Below are positions 28,778 through 36,742 of a stretch of DNA of 56,504 nt, in pieces. A program made the translations under genes and the position numbers. The notes beneath the pieces were generated by a model. That model had not been told where the DNA came from and made no database searches. It saw only the letters and a list, made by a program, of their open reading frames with translations. Within the stretch, counting starts at the first letter, position 1. Each line of letters starts with the position of its first letter. Origin of the DNA: a virus (lineage: Duplodnaviria > Caudoviricetes). The stretch lies in IMG/VR virus record IMGVR_UViG_3300032320_000993, positions 1-56,504 of that record. One strand, given 5' to 3'.

Positions 28778-29023
28778 ATGCTTATCACACCACATGAGCG
28801 CCGCGTGGCATGGCTTCAGCAACTCTGCGAGGATTGCGGGGTTTGCTATAACGATGTCATGGGTCGCTCCCGTTTCAAGCGCGTGAGCAACGTCCGCGCA
28901 GTGGCTTATCTCAAGTTTCGTGAGGACGGCTTGTCTCTCCCCACGATTGGCAAGTTCTTTGGCCGCGATCACACCACAGTCATGAAGGTAACCAATAACA
29001 TGGTGAAAAATGGGAGTCGCTAG
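28778..29023 (+). CDS. DnaA C-terminal (domain IV)-like HTH protein
   Basis: SLPTIGKFFGRDHTTVM matches the DnaA domain IV signature. Confidence 0.8.
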   Translation: MLITPHERRVAWLQQLCEDCGVCYNDVMGRSRFKRVSNVRAVAYLKFREDGLSLPTIGKFFGRDHTTVMKVTNNMVKNGSR

Positions 29024-29249
29024 GGCAAACAGAAGCCCCGTTTTGGGCAACCAAAGCAAGCTTGTTACGGATGAGTCTTACACAGATCCCAAGATGACGG
29101 CGCTTCATAAGAACATGATGGAAGGTTCTAGGGCGCTATGCGCTGCCATCCTCAAGACGGGAAAGCTTTACCGGAAGATGACTCCGGCTGAGCAGTTGGA
29201 GGCAAGGTCATATGCTTACGGCCCTGATCTGGTTGATAGGAGAACATAG
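29010..29249 (+). CDS. Hypothetical protein
   Basis: ORF in a tightly packed operon. Confidence 0.45.
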   Translation: MGVARANRSPVLGNQSKLVTDESYTDPKMTALHKNMMEGSRALCAAILKTGKLYRKMTPAEQLEARSYAYGPDLVDRRT

Positions 29250-29251
29250 AA

Positions 29252-29383
29252 ATGAAGAAATGGATTGCAGAACGCCTGATTTTGTTGGCGGTTTGGCTCG
29301 ACGTTGAGACGGTCATTTACGCATCGTTCGACATCGTCAGTTCGCTGAATGATGTAATTGAGAAGGGGGAAGGTGATGCCTGA
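29252..29383 (+). CDS. Small hypothetical protein (43 aa, not in the ORF track)
   Basis: AGGAG RBS; MKKWIAERLILLAVWLDV... Confidence 0.45.
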   Translation: MKKWIAERLILLAVWLDVETVIYASFDIVSSLNDVIEKGEGDA

Positions 29384-29591
29384 TGAGGAACTAGTGGAAC
29401 GGATGCTGACCGTGTTTGAAGACACCCCAGAGATCGCATCATGGTATGAGCAGGATGAATGTGATTACTATGACTATTCGATGGGCGAGACGCGCACTCA
29501 CCTGCTGGGCATGTGGGAGACGATGCAAGAGGCAGCGCAGCGCATCAAGGAGCTGAGCGCGCAGGTTAAGGCGCAGGGAGGCAAGGCATGA
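29376..29591 (+). CDS. Hypothetical protein
   Basis: Overlapping operon gene. Confidence 0.5.
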   Translation: MPDEELVERMLTVFEDTPEIASWYEQDECDYYDYSMGETRTHLLGMWETMQEAAQRIKELSAQVKAQGGKA

Positions 29592-29683
29592 GCGGCCCAG
29601 ACCTGCCACTGTTCTTCACCGTGATCGCGATAGTGGTCACCACCATCTACCTGATCGTGACAAATGGAGACGCAAATGACTGA
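29588..29683 (+). CDS. 31-aa single-TM peptide
   Basis: GGAGG RBS; ATGA overlap; MSGPDLPLFFTVIAIVVTTIYLIVTNGDAND. Confidence 0.45.
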   Translation: MSGPDLPLFFTVIAIVVTTIYLIVTNGDAND

Positions 29684-29978
29684 TACACCAGAAGACTGGG
29701 TGCTGATCGAAGCCGCGAGGCGGGCGGGAATTCATCTGACACCCGCGCAGTATCGAGCAGGGCTTATTGCTAAAGCAGCGCGGCCCTATTTTCTCGCTCT
29801 CTGTGACATGATCGCCAAGCACGAACAGAAGCCGGTTGATCGCAAGCTGCTGTGCGCGCAAGCCGCCCTTACTGGCGCGCTGATTGAATTGGATGCGTCA
29901 CGTTTCCCAAAGAAAGAATGTATGTGGGATTGCTGCGTCCGCGCCATCGAACTTTGGGAAGAGGGGTTTGGGAAATGA
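29676..29978 (+). CDS. Hypothetical protein
   Basis: GGAG RBS; operon packing. Confidence 0.5.
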   Translation: MTDTPEDWVLIEAARRAGIHLTPAQYRAGLIAKAARPYFLALCDMIAKHEQKPVDRKLLCAQAALTGALIELDASRFPKKECMWDCCVRAIELWEEGFGK

Positions 29979-30301
29979 CCGACATCGACAAGGCGCTGGT
30001 GGAGCGTCTGCGGGGCGACTTGCCCGATAAGAAGGTGGAGAGCCACTGGATTACGGATTACACCGCTGTTGAGATGCAGAACCGTGAAGCCGCCGACCGC
30101 ATCGAAGCCCAAGCGGCAGAGATTGACCGGCTGCGTGAGGCGTTGCATACTCCGCTGGCCTTTATTGAAGCCCTCCACGAAAATGATCCAGACGATCAAA
30201 TTGAGGACAACGGCATGACCGTGCTTGATGGACTGAAACAGCAAGCGCCATCTATCATAAAAACAATCCGCGAAGCCCTAGAAGGAAAGGCAGAGCAATG
30301 A
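29975..30301 (+). CDS. Hypothetical protein (EAADRIE coiled-coil phage family)
   Basis: ATGA overlap; LVERLR...EAADRIE...EIDRLREAL. Confidence 0.55.
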   Translation: MTDIDKALVERLRGDLPDKKVESHWITDYTAVEMQNREAADRIEAQAAEIDRLREALHTPLAFIEALHENDPDDQIEDNGMTVLDGLKQQAPSIIKTIREALEGKAEQ

Positions 30302-30465
30302 GCGCATTGGGAATAACATTCGTGGCCTTGGCGCTGTCGTGGTTGGTCGGTCGCATCACGTCGGTGATCGACCACCCAATAGCCGACGCGATCCACATCA
30401 TCTGCGTCCTGATCTTCTTCGGCGCACTGGTGACCGGCGTTGTGCTGGTGGGGATGATGCTATGA
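30298..30465 (+). CDS. 55-aa two-TM membrane protein (not in the ORF track)
   Basis: ATGA overlaps at both ends; strongly hydrophobic. Confidence 0.5.
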   Translation: MSALGITFVALALSWLVGRITSVIDHPIADAIHIICVLIFFGALVTGVVLVGMML

Positions 30466-30644
30466 TGATTGAGATCGACCCAGCAGGTCTGGACGCGCTT
30501 GTCCGCGCATGGCTCAAGGACTCCCTTAAAGTATTAGAGGCAAACCTTGCCCGCGAGTATGTCCACCCAGAGGACAAAGAGACATACGAAAAAGACATTG
30601 AGGCCATCAAACGTGTTCTAGATTATGTAGGAGAAGCAATATGA
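30462..30644 (+). CDS. Hypothetical protein
   Basis: ATGA overlap. Confidence 0.5.
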   Translation: MMIEIDPAGLDALVRAWLKDSLKVLEANLAREYVHPEDKETYEKDIEAIKRVLDYVGEAI

Positions 30645-30826
30645 ACGACACATACCACCTTCGCAATCTACTGACCAAAGTGCGCCGCATCCTGCCGACG
30701 CATGCTGACTGCATCGAAGAGGCGCAGGACAGGGGTGCCAATGAAGGTTGGCTTAAAGATGCCCGCAGACAACTGAATGACGCTCAAGAGGCCGTGAACG
30801 CCGCTGAGGCATGGCTGCACGACTGA
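30641..30826 (+). CDS. Hypothetical protein
   Basis: AGGAG RBS. Confidence 0.5.
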   Translation: MNDTYHLRNLLTKVRRILPTHADCIEEAQDRGANEGWLKDARRQLNDAQEAVNAAEAWLHD

Positions 30827-31122
30827 CACCAACAAGGATCAATGACATGAGAGAAACAGCAGTTTTCGCCCTGATGGAAGCGGGCAGCATAAACTTCAAA
30901 GAGGCCAGTAAGATCGCCTCACGGCTGGAGGCCAATGGGCTTACCATCTATAAGAAGAAGGTCTTCAGGAACGGGCGCAGGCCCATTGCAGCGCGCCCCA
31001 TGACACCTGCGCTGGCAAAGACCATCCGCGCATATTATGCGGCCAATCCTAAGGCTACCCAGCAGGAGATTGCCAACAGGTTCAACGTCAATATCGGGCG
31101 CGTAAGTGAGGTGCTGTCGTAA
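30811..31122 (+). CDS. HTH DNA-binding protein
   Basis: C-terminal ATQQEIANRFNVNIGRVSEVL. Confidence 0.65.
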   Translation: MAARLTPTRINDMRETAVFALMEAGSINFKEASKIASRLEANGLTIYKKKVFRNGRRPIAARPMTPALAKTIRAYYAANPKATQQEIANRFNVNIGRVSEVLS

Positions 31123-31159
31123 GGCAGTGAGGCAATTTAAATTAAATCGGAGAATAATT

Positions 31160-31771
31160 ATGAACGAATATCAATTTACGAATGACTGGTTTAGCGGAAA
31201 TATCCCCAACTGGCTGAACCTGCTTGCAAACCTGCCTGAGCGCGACCCTGAGAATGGGCGAAAGTTTCTTGAGATCGGGTCCTTTGAAGGCCGCAGCACC
31301 GTCTGGACCATTGAGAACATGATGCAGAAGGGGGATTACATTCTCTGCATCGACACATGGAAGGGCGGAGAGGAACACGCCAGCGAGGACATGGACTGCG
31401 TTTATGACAGGTTCCTAAACAACATTGGCTTGGCCTTTGACGAAACAGGTGTTGCGGCTGATTATGCCCGTGGCTTGTCAACAGAGATCATAGCCCGTGA
31501 AATTGGCCTGTGCTTCAAATACCCATCAATGTACGACTTCATCTATATCGACGGCAGCCACGTTGCCAAGGACGTTCTGACGGACGCCTGCATGGCTTGG
31601 CAGATCCTAAAGCCCCAAGGCATTATGGTGTTTGATGATTACCTGTGGGGCATTCCCCGCGACGTCCTGCACCGTCCAAAGCCTGCTATTGATGCCTTCA
31701 CAACCATCTTCGCGGAGGAGGCTGGGATCATCAGCATTGGCTATCAGGTCGCGGTAAAAAAGATGGTGTAA
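31160..31771 (+). CDS. Class I SAM-dependent methyltransferase (Methyltransf_24-like)
   Basis: LEIGSFEGRS, CIDTW, YDFIYIDGSH and LKPQGIMVFDDY motifs. Confidence 0.85.
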   Translation: MNEYQFTNDWFSGNIPNWLNLLANLPERDPENGRKFLEIGSFEGRSTVWTIENMMQKGDYILCIDTWKGGEEHASEDMDCVYDRFLNNIGLAFDETGVAADYARGLSTEIIAREIGLCFKYPSMYDFIYIDGSHVAKDVLTDACMAWQILKPQGIMVFDDYLWGIPRDVLHRPKPAIDAFTTIFAEEAGIISIGYQVAVKKMV

Positions 31772-31775
31772 CGAT

Positions 31776-31989
31776 GGCGGAGGTAACCAAAATCTACTTC
31801 CGCCAAGTGGCGGAGGTAAATAGCAATCTACTTCCGCCTACTTCCGCAAATGGCGGATTTGCACGGCGGAGGTAGGCGGAGGTAGCTGGCGGAGGTAAGT
31901 GGCGGAGGTAAATCAGAGTTACTTCCGCTTACTTCCGCAAATGGCGGTTTTCTGCGGCGGAGGTAGGCGGAAGTAAATTGGCGGAAGTA
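31776..31989. repeat. Iteron-like cluster (GGCGGARGTA, 9 forward + 5 inverted copies); putative replication origin
   Basis: Forward copies at 31776, 31809, 31865, 31875, 31888, 31901, 31956, 31966, 31980; inverted TACTTCCGC at 31795, 31829, 31839, 31920, 31930. Confidence 0.8.
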
Positions 31990-32185
31990 ACCTGATACTA
32001 AACGTATACAGAGGGTTGGCATGTTAGCCGTTTGCCCATACGCTCTCAGGGTTGTTCGCGATATGCGGAAGCTTTCTCCGACGCGGAAGGTCGCTTGTCG
32101 CTCCCATCCGCTCTCCCTCCGGTCGCGGATAATGCATCCGCTAAGCGTGTGGGGAAACAGGGTGGATGGCTGGATGGAGGATTGC

Positions 32186-32575
32186 ATGGCGAGGCGTATG
32201 CCCAGTGTTGGTGAGGTCGGGGTGCGATATGGCCAGAGGAACTATCTGAGGACGCAGGAGCATCTTTTGATGGCCAGACGGGGGAAGTGGCATCTGGTTG
32301 TTTGTCCCGATAAATGCATGGCCGGTTGGATTAATGTGAAATTGCATTTGGATGAGAAGGCCAGCAAGAATGTTTTTGAGGTCGGGGTGTTCGACGGAAA
32401 GGCAGCGCCCAAGGCAGATGTCAGGATCCTGATGGAGCATCACCCAAAGATGTTGGCATGGGTGCTGGACAGGGTTGCGGCATATGCTGATGGCAAGCTG
32501 GTGTTGAAGAAGGAGGCCGGTACGCCTGTGGTGTATGCCCAAAACCGACGCTGGAAGATTTTATCGAAGGGATGA
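32186..32575 (+). CDS. Hypothetical protein
   Basis: GGAGG RBS before ATG 32186. Confidence 0.55.
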   Translation: MARRMPSVGEVGVRYGQRNYLRTQEHLLMARRGKWHLVVCPDKCMAGWINVKLHLDEKASKNVFEVGVFDGKAAPKADVRILMEHHPKMLAWVLDRVAAYADGKLVLKKEAGTPVVYAQNRRWKILSKG

Positions 32576-32579
32576 TTTT

Positions 32580-33215
32580 ATGGCCAAGGTCGGAACGAAA
32601 AAGCACATGAAGGAAAACCAATGGCGCACGATCCTTCCCAAGGAGCGCAGACACGATGCAGCACCATGGCAGGAGACGTATGGCATGTACATCACAGGAC
32701 AGTCTTGGATTGATGAGTTGACGCTGTGCGTCGAGCGCATGGAGCATAAGTGGGGTGCGGGCAGGCTGCGCCTGCTGGTCGGTGCTGATCTCAGGGATAA
32801 GTTCGACCGCCAAAGGTTCCTGACCAATCAGGCGGTTTTCCATGGCGGTCTGGAGGACCTGAGGACGCAGTGCAAGCGCATGATCAATGGCTGGAACGCG
32901 CTTGACAAGGCCGCAGATGAAATGGGGCTGGAGCGTTGTCCGCCTGAGGCTTGGGACGTCGTGGGCGAGTCTGGGACGGTCTACGTGATCGTCAGGACGC
33001 TGGATGATACCAAGGACTATCGGATGGGCCGCAAGAACGTCTGCGTGTACTCATTGGATGAGGTCGCTGTGATATTGGACGCTCAGAGCCCGCTGGAGGC
33101 CTTTAAGAGCGCATTTGAGGAGGCTGAGGTGGTTAGGGTGCGGAGAAGTGTTGGAGACGCTCTGAGCGACCTTGAGGACACCCAGAGCGCCTTGGAGGAT
33201 GAAATACCCTTTTAG
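32580..33215 (+). CDS. Hypothetical phage replication-region protein
   Basis: MEHKWGAGRLRLLV motif; acidic C-terminus EDEIPF. Confidence 0.6.
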   Translation: MAKVGTKKHMKENQWRTILPKERRHDAAPWQETYGMYITGQSWIDELTLCVERMEHKWGAGRLRLLVGADLRDKFDRQRFLTNQAVFHGGLEDLRTQCKRMINGWNALDKAADEMGLERCPPEAWDVVGESGTVYVIVRTLDDTKDYRMGRKNVCVYSLDEVAVILDAQSPLEAFKSAFEEAEVVRVRRSVGDALSDLEDTQSALEDEIPF

Positions 33216-33448
33216 GGGCGTTCCTGAGAACTGTATGGAGGCGGCACAGGGATGTTCTTCTTGAGCCACCTTGGGGTGATCCGGCCTTCCTCAAGGGCCT
33301 TTAGCAGGAGGGAAACGGATTGGGGGATCGGGGTGTCGCCGTTAGCCCATTTGCGGCCATGGCGATGCGTCACCCCTGTGATCCACGAAACATCAACCTG
33401 ACGAAGCCCCATGCGTTGCAGGGCTGCCCGATATTCGTCTGTGGTCAT
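33212..33448 (-). CDS. XRE-family HTH protein
   Basis: YRAALQRMGLRQVDV...RKWANGDTPIP. Confidence 0.7.
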   Translation of the reverse strand: MTTDEYRAALQRMGLRQVDVSWITGVTHRHGRKWANGDTPIPQSVSLLLKALEEGRITPRWLKKNIPVPPPYSSQERP

Positions 33449-33547
33449 CAGTCCCACCAGTCTCTGTCTGATCCGCCTACCCCACCAAAGCCAAGGGTAA
33501 TGATGAGGCAGGCTGCGATCAGGAGCATGAAGCCAGCATGCAAGGCC

Positions 33548-33781
33548 TCACTCTCCCTCAAGTCGGGCATAGACAGGCGCGTTGACATCCTCAGGCTTTG
33601 CGATGCTTACAACGAGGTCAACGGTGCCGTCCCGATAGGTGACGTAATCGCCTGCTTTGCTGTCGTATTTATGAGACAGTTTGGCAGCTTTGCTCATCAC
33701 GTTGAGCAGCGTTTGAACGTCGGACAGTTCGATCAGGTAGTCGGTATATTCGAGACGGATCTTGGCGTATTGCTTGGTCAT
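33548..33781 (-). CDS. Hypothetical protein
   Basis: GAGGAG RBS; MTKQYAKIRL... Confidence 0.55.
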   Translation of the reverse strand: MTKQYAKIRLEYTDYLIELSDVQTLLNVMSKAAKLSHKYDSKAGDYVTYRDGTVDLVVSIAKPEDVNAPVYARLEGE

Positions 33782-33782
33782 A

Positions 33783-34010
33783 TTAAAGCTCCTCTGGGTT
33801 GATAAATGACTTGGGTGCAGGGTCGATGGAATAGATCGCGCCCTGCTCAGTGAGAAAGTCGGCTGCGTCGTAAGTGACGTCGGCGTCGTGTTCAAAGTGG
33901 ACGATGTTAAAGCGGGCATAGGCTGCGCGCTTTGCGTCCAGATAGGTTGGGTAAGTCCCAAGCACCTCACGGCGCGTCAGGGTTGCGTGTGAAATAATTT
34001 GATGCGCCAT
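33783..34010 (-). CDS. Hypothetical protein
   Basis: AAGGA RBS. Confidence 0.55.
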   Translation of the reverse strand: MAHQIISHATLTRREVLGTYPTYLDAKRAAYARFNIVHFEHDADVTYDAADFLTEQGAIYSIDPAPKSFINPEEL

Positions 34011-34028
34011 GGGTGCTGGTCCTTTCGT

Positions 34029-34349
34029 TTATGACTTGCGGGCTGCAAGCTTGAGGGAGGTATAGCCAGAGGTCTTCTTCTGGTTTGCCTTTGCGAACGA
34101 CGCGAACTTCTTTTCGCCCAGCAGTTCACGAAGCTTGGCTTCGACAGCCTTGGGGTCGGTCGAGAAGCGGTCATCGACAACGCAGACGGTTGCGGTGAAC
34201 AGGTCGCCGTCATAGCTGCCTGCGCCAAGGGCCTTGATGTCTGCGGACAGCTTGTCAGCGACTGCTGAAAGGTCTGCGATCTGCGCCTTGATCTCGCCCA
34301 ACTGGTCGATGTCGCAGAGGTTGTGGGCGCGTGAGAAAACTGTTGCCAT
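34029..34349 (-). CDS. Hypothetical protein
   Basis: GGAG RBS; downstream of an operator-bearing promoter. Confidence 0.6.
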   Translation of the reverse strand: MATVFSRAHNLCDIDQLGEIKAQIADLSAVADKLSADIKALGAGSYDGDLFTATVCVVDDRFSTDPKAVEAKLRELLGEKKFASFAKANQKKTSGYTSLKLAARKS

Positions 34350-34415
34350 GTTGTGTCTCCAATAAAATCAGGTTTGATAAGGTTTGTGCGGTTCGCTTTT
34401 CGCTGCCGCCTGATC

Positions 34416-34444
34416 GGGATAGGGCAATATGCCCTACCCGTCAA
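34416..34444 (-). promoter_or_regulatory. Leftward promoter with operator TAGGGC-N5-GCCCTA
   Basis: TTGACG-N17-TATCCC on the minus strand; palindrome at 34420..34436. Confidence 0.7.
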
Positions 34445-34457
34445 GCCCCGTTTGATA

Positions 34458-35315
34458 TTATGCTGCGAGTTTTTCGATAAGTGCCTCCTGATTGATTAAG
34501 AAAGTCGATGAGCGTTTTGCCTGCGAGGAAGCGCTAAAAATGGCGCGTTTGTCAGCTTTTAGGACCTTTAGCCACGATGCAAGGTAGCTGGTGTGCCGCA
34601 AGCCTTCGAGCGGGATGCCCATTTGCGCGCAGACAAAGGCACTGCCGATCTCAGCGACCAACTCTTCGAACGCATAGGCGTCATCGCCAAAGCGCTTGCC
34701 AAACTGACGGTCGCAGCGCGACTTGTGCCCAGTCCAGTGGACCAACTCATGCGCGAGGGTTGCGGCGTATGCGTCAGCGCTGCTGAAGCTTTCGGCGGTG
34801 GGCATCCCGATAAAGTCGCGGTCGGGGCTGTAGTAGGCCTTGTTGCCGCCATGCTGCACGTCTGCGCCGACACGGGCTGCCAGTGCGTTGATGGACGTAT
34901 CACCTGCGACCACAGGCTCCATGCCCTTGAGCTTGGCGGGGTCGAGCCCATCGCACTGCTGCACGTTGAAGACGGTAAAGCCCTTGGCGAACGGGACAAC
35001 CTTCACGGTGCCATCGTCCTGCTGGATCTTGGGGAACGACCAGAACACGATGTGCGTGCCCTTCTCGCCCTTGCGGACCTGCCCGCCCAGTTCAGCCGCC
35101 TGCTTGTACGTCAGCCAGCCGTCAGTGGCATAGGCAGAGCAGGACAGCACCAGCCAGTTGATGCCATTGTATGCGCGCCCTGTGGCTGCGTTGTGCGGGC
35201 CTGAGCCGCCGCACTTGCCATCAGCCCATGGCTTGAGCCACGGGGCCGCGCCCGTTTCGAGGGCAGCCACGATGCGGTCGGTCACGTCTTGGTAGATGTC
35301 GAACTTGGTGGTCAT
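34458..35315 (-). CDS. ardC: ArdC-like antirestriction ssDNA-binding/metalloprotease-domain protein
   Basis: PWLKPW, YNGIN, WLTYKQA, VRKGEKG, VFNVQQ, HELVHWTGH and YAFEELVAE motifs. Confidence 0.88.
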   Translation of the reverse strand: MTTKFDIYQDVTDRIVAALETGAAPWLKPWADGKCGGSGPHNAATGRAYNGINWLVLSCSAYATDGWLTYKQAAELGGQVRKGEKGTHIVFWSFPKIQQDDGTVKVVPFAKGFTVFNVQQCDGLDPAKLKGMEPVVAGDTSINALAARVGADVQHGGNKAYYSPDRDFIGMPTAESFSSADAYAATLAHELVHWTGHKSRCDRQFGKRFGDDAYAFEELVAEIGSAFVCAQMGIPLEGLRHTSYLASWLKVLKADKRAIFSASSQAKRSSTFLINQEALIEKLAA

Positions 35316-35316
35316 G

Positions 35317-35409
35317 TCAGTTTGCTCCTTCGATAGTATTGATGATGATGGCGATGCACAGGGCGATGAGCCCCAGTGCGATCACCTGAGATGCGATGTG
35401 GGCGATCAT
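35317..35409 (-). CDS. 30-aa single-TM peptide
   Basis: ATGA overlap; MIAHIASQVIALGLIALCIAIIINTIEGAN. Confidence 0.4.
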   Translation of the reverse strand: MIAHIASQVIALGLIALCIAIIINTIEGAN

Positions 35410-35660
35410 GCGGCCTGCTTCTTGATGGCCAGCGCCTCCTTCATGATCTCTTCGCGCAGCAGGTTGAGGTTGACCAGACGGGTGAAGTGCAGGTCGCGGT
35501 CATGGTTCAAGGCGTCTACGCCCGCTGGGTAGTCGCGCCCGTTGGGCGCAACCCGCCGCAGCGCTTCGATGGCGTCCATCAGGTGGTCGAGCGCTTCGCG
35601 GCGCGGGGCGATGAGATCGTCGGCGCTGCTGCCGTTCAGGTTGAGGGTCGGTGCGATCAT
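35406..35660 (-). CDS. Hypothetical protein
   Basis: AAGGAG RBS; PTLNLNGSS...PNGRDY. Confidence 0.6.
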   Translation of the reverse strand: MIAPTLNLNGSSADDLIAPRREALDHLMDAIEALRRVAPNGRDYPAGVDALNHDRDLHFTRLVNLNLLREEIMKEALAIKKQAA

Positions 35661-35704
35661 GGTGTGTCTCCTTGGATGGTGGGGGCCGGAGCCCCTGTTG
35701 ATTA

Positions 35705-35860
35705 TTATTGATCTTGCTCAAGATATGCGCTGTCACACTCACCTTCAGCGACCATGCGCTTGCAGTACTCGCGGGCATCTTCCAACGTGCCAAGGAAAAT
35801 AGTTTCATCTGCGCCTTCGGCTTCGGTGCGGAAGATGATGATGTGGCGTTCGTCGGTCAT
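35705..35860 (-). CDS. Hypothetical protein
   Basis: GGAG RBS; first gene after the leftward promoter. Confidence 0.5.
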   Translation of the reverse strand: MTDERHIIIFRTEAEGADETIFLGTLEDAREYCKRMVAEGECDSAYLEQDQ

Positions 35861-35886
35861 GTCGTTGTCTCCGTGGTTGATGCCTC

Positions 35887-35999
35887 CTTTTAGGGCGGGC
35901 TGCCCTGTCTGTAAACAGGAGACTGTTCCATTATGGTAGGGCATCTCGCCCGCATTGGTATCAGTTGTGTTTGACCATCAGGGCGCGCCGCCCTAGAGA
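35887..35999. promoter_or_regulatory. Divergent promoter pair with three operators
   Basis: Minus strand TTTACA-N17-TAAAAG; plus strand TTGACC(35971)-N17-TAGAGA; operators at 35891, 35937 and 35979. Confidence 0.7.
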
Positions 36000-36025
36000 T
36001 AGGTGGTCAGCAAGGAGCAACCGAC

Positions 36026-36238
36026 ATGGAATACAAGTACACAGCCAGCCTGCAACGCACCAACGGCACATGGTCAGACTACGCACAGTTCGCGTGGCAC
36101 AGTGATGCTGTGATCTACGCTGAGATGCTCACCCGCAACTGGCGCGATGTCGTGCTGCGCGTTACGGGAGGCCTCGACTACGTTGACCTCTACTACACCA
36201 ACGGCGCAGAGACCTCAGACGTGGAGATGGCGGCATGA
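36026..36238 (+). CDS. Hypothetical protein
   Basis: AAGGAG RBS. Confidence 0.6.
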   Translation: MEYKYTASLQRTNGTWSDYAQFAWHSDAVIYAEMLTRNWRDVVLRVTGGLDYVDLYYTNGAETSDVEMAA

Positions 36239-36411
36239 GCGCCAAGGACAGCGCCCTCATCGTCACCGCCCTGACGCTCATGCTGGAGGACCTGCGCGGG
36301 CGCGCCCGTCGCGCTACGTCGGACCAGACCAGCGCCGACCTGCTCAGGGACGTTGCGCGCTGCGTCGAACTGCGCGACCGCATCATCGACACCGACAGCA
36401 TGTGGGGCTGA
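36235..36411 (+). CDS. Hypothetical 58-aa protein (not in the ORF track)
   Basis: GGAG RBS; ATGA overlap; MSAKDSALIVTALTLMLEDLRGR... Confidence 0.5.
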   Translation: MSAKDSALIVTALTLMLEDLRGRARRATSDQTSADLLRDVARCVELRDRIIDTDSMWG

Positions 36412-36742
36412 GCGCCTCGCACCCGTCGCCTGTGCGTCGTCGCGCCTCTGGCGCGTCGGCGCGCTTGCGCGCCTGCGCTGCGCGCACGGCAGCCGTCAGG
36501 CTGCACACAAGCACGTCTGCCTGAAAGGCAGTCTGCTATCAGCAAACAGACATCTGTCCAAAGGACAGTCAGCTATTTGTGAGGTTGGGAAAGTGTGTTG
36601 TAAGTAGGTAGGGGGTATACCCCTTTTCTATTAGAATTAGGTACCATGGGGGGTTACATGCAGCCGACCCGCAATACGACCACAAAAGCACATTTGCACA
36701 AATACCCTCTTGCACGTTAGCAAAACCGCATATAGAGCAGAC

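Noticed and set aside
31776-31989. Repeat cluster as a CRISPR array
   Set aside because: The 10-nt units occur in both orientations with irregular short gaps; there are no 25-40-nt repeats with unique spacers and no cas operon.
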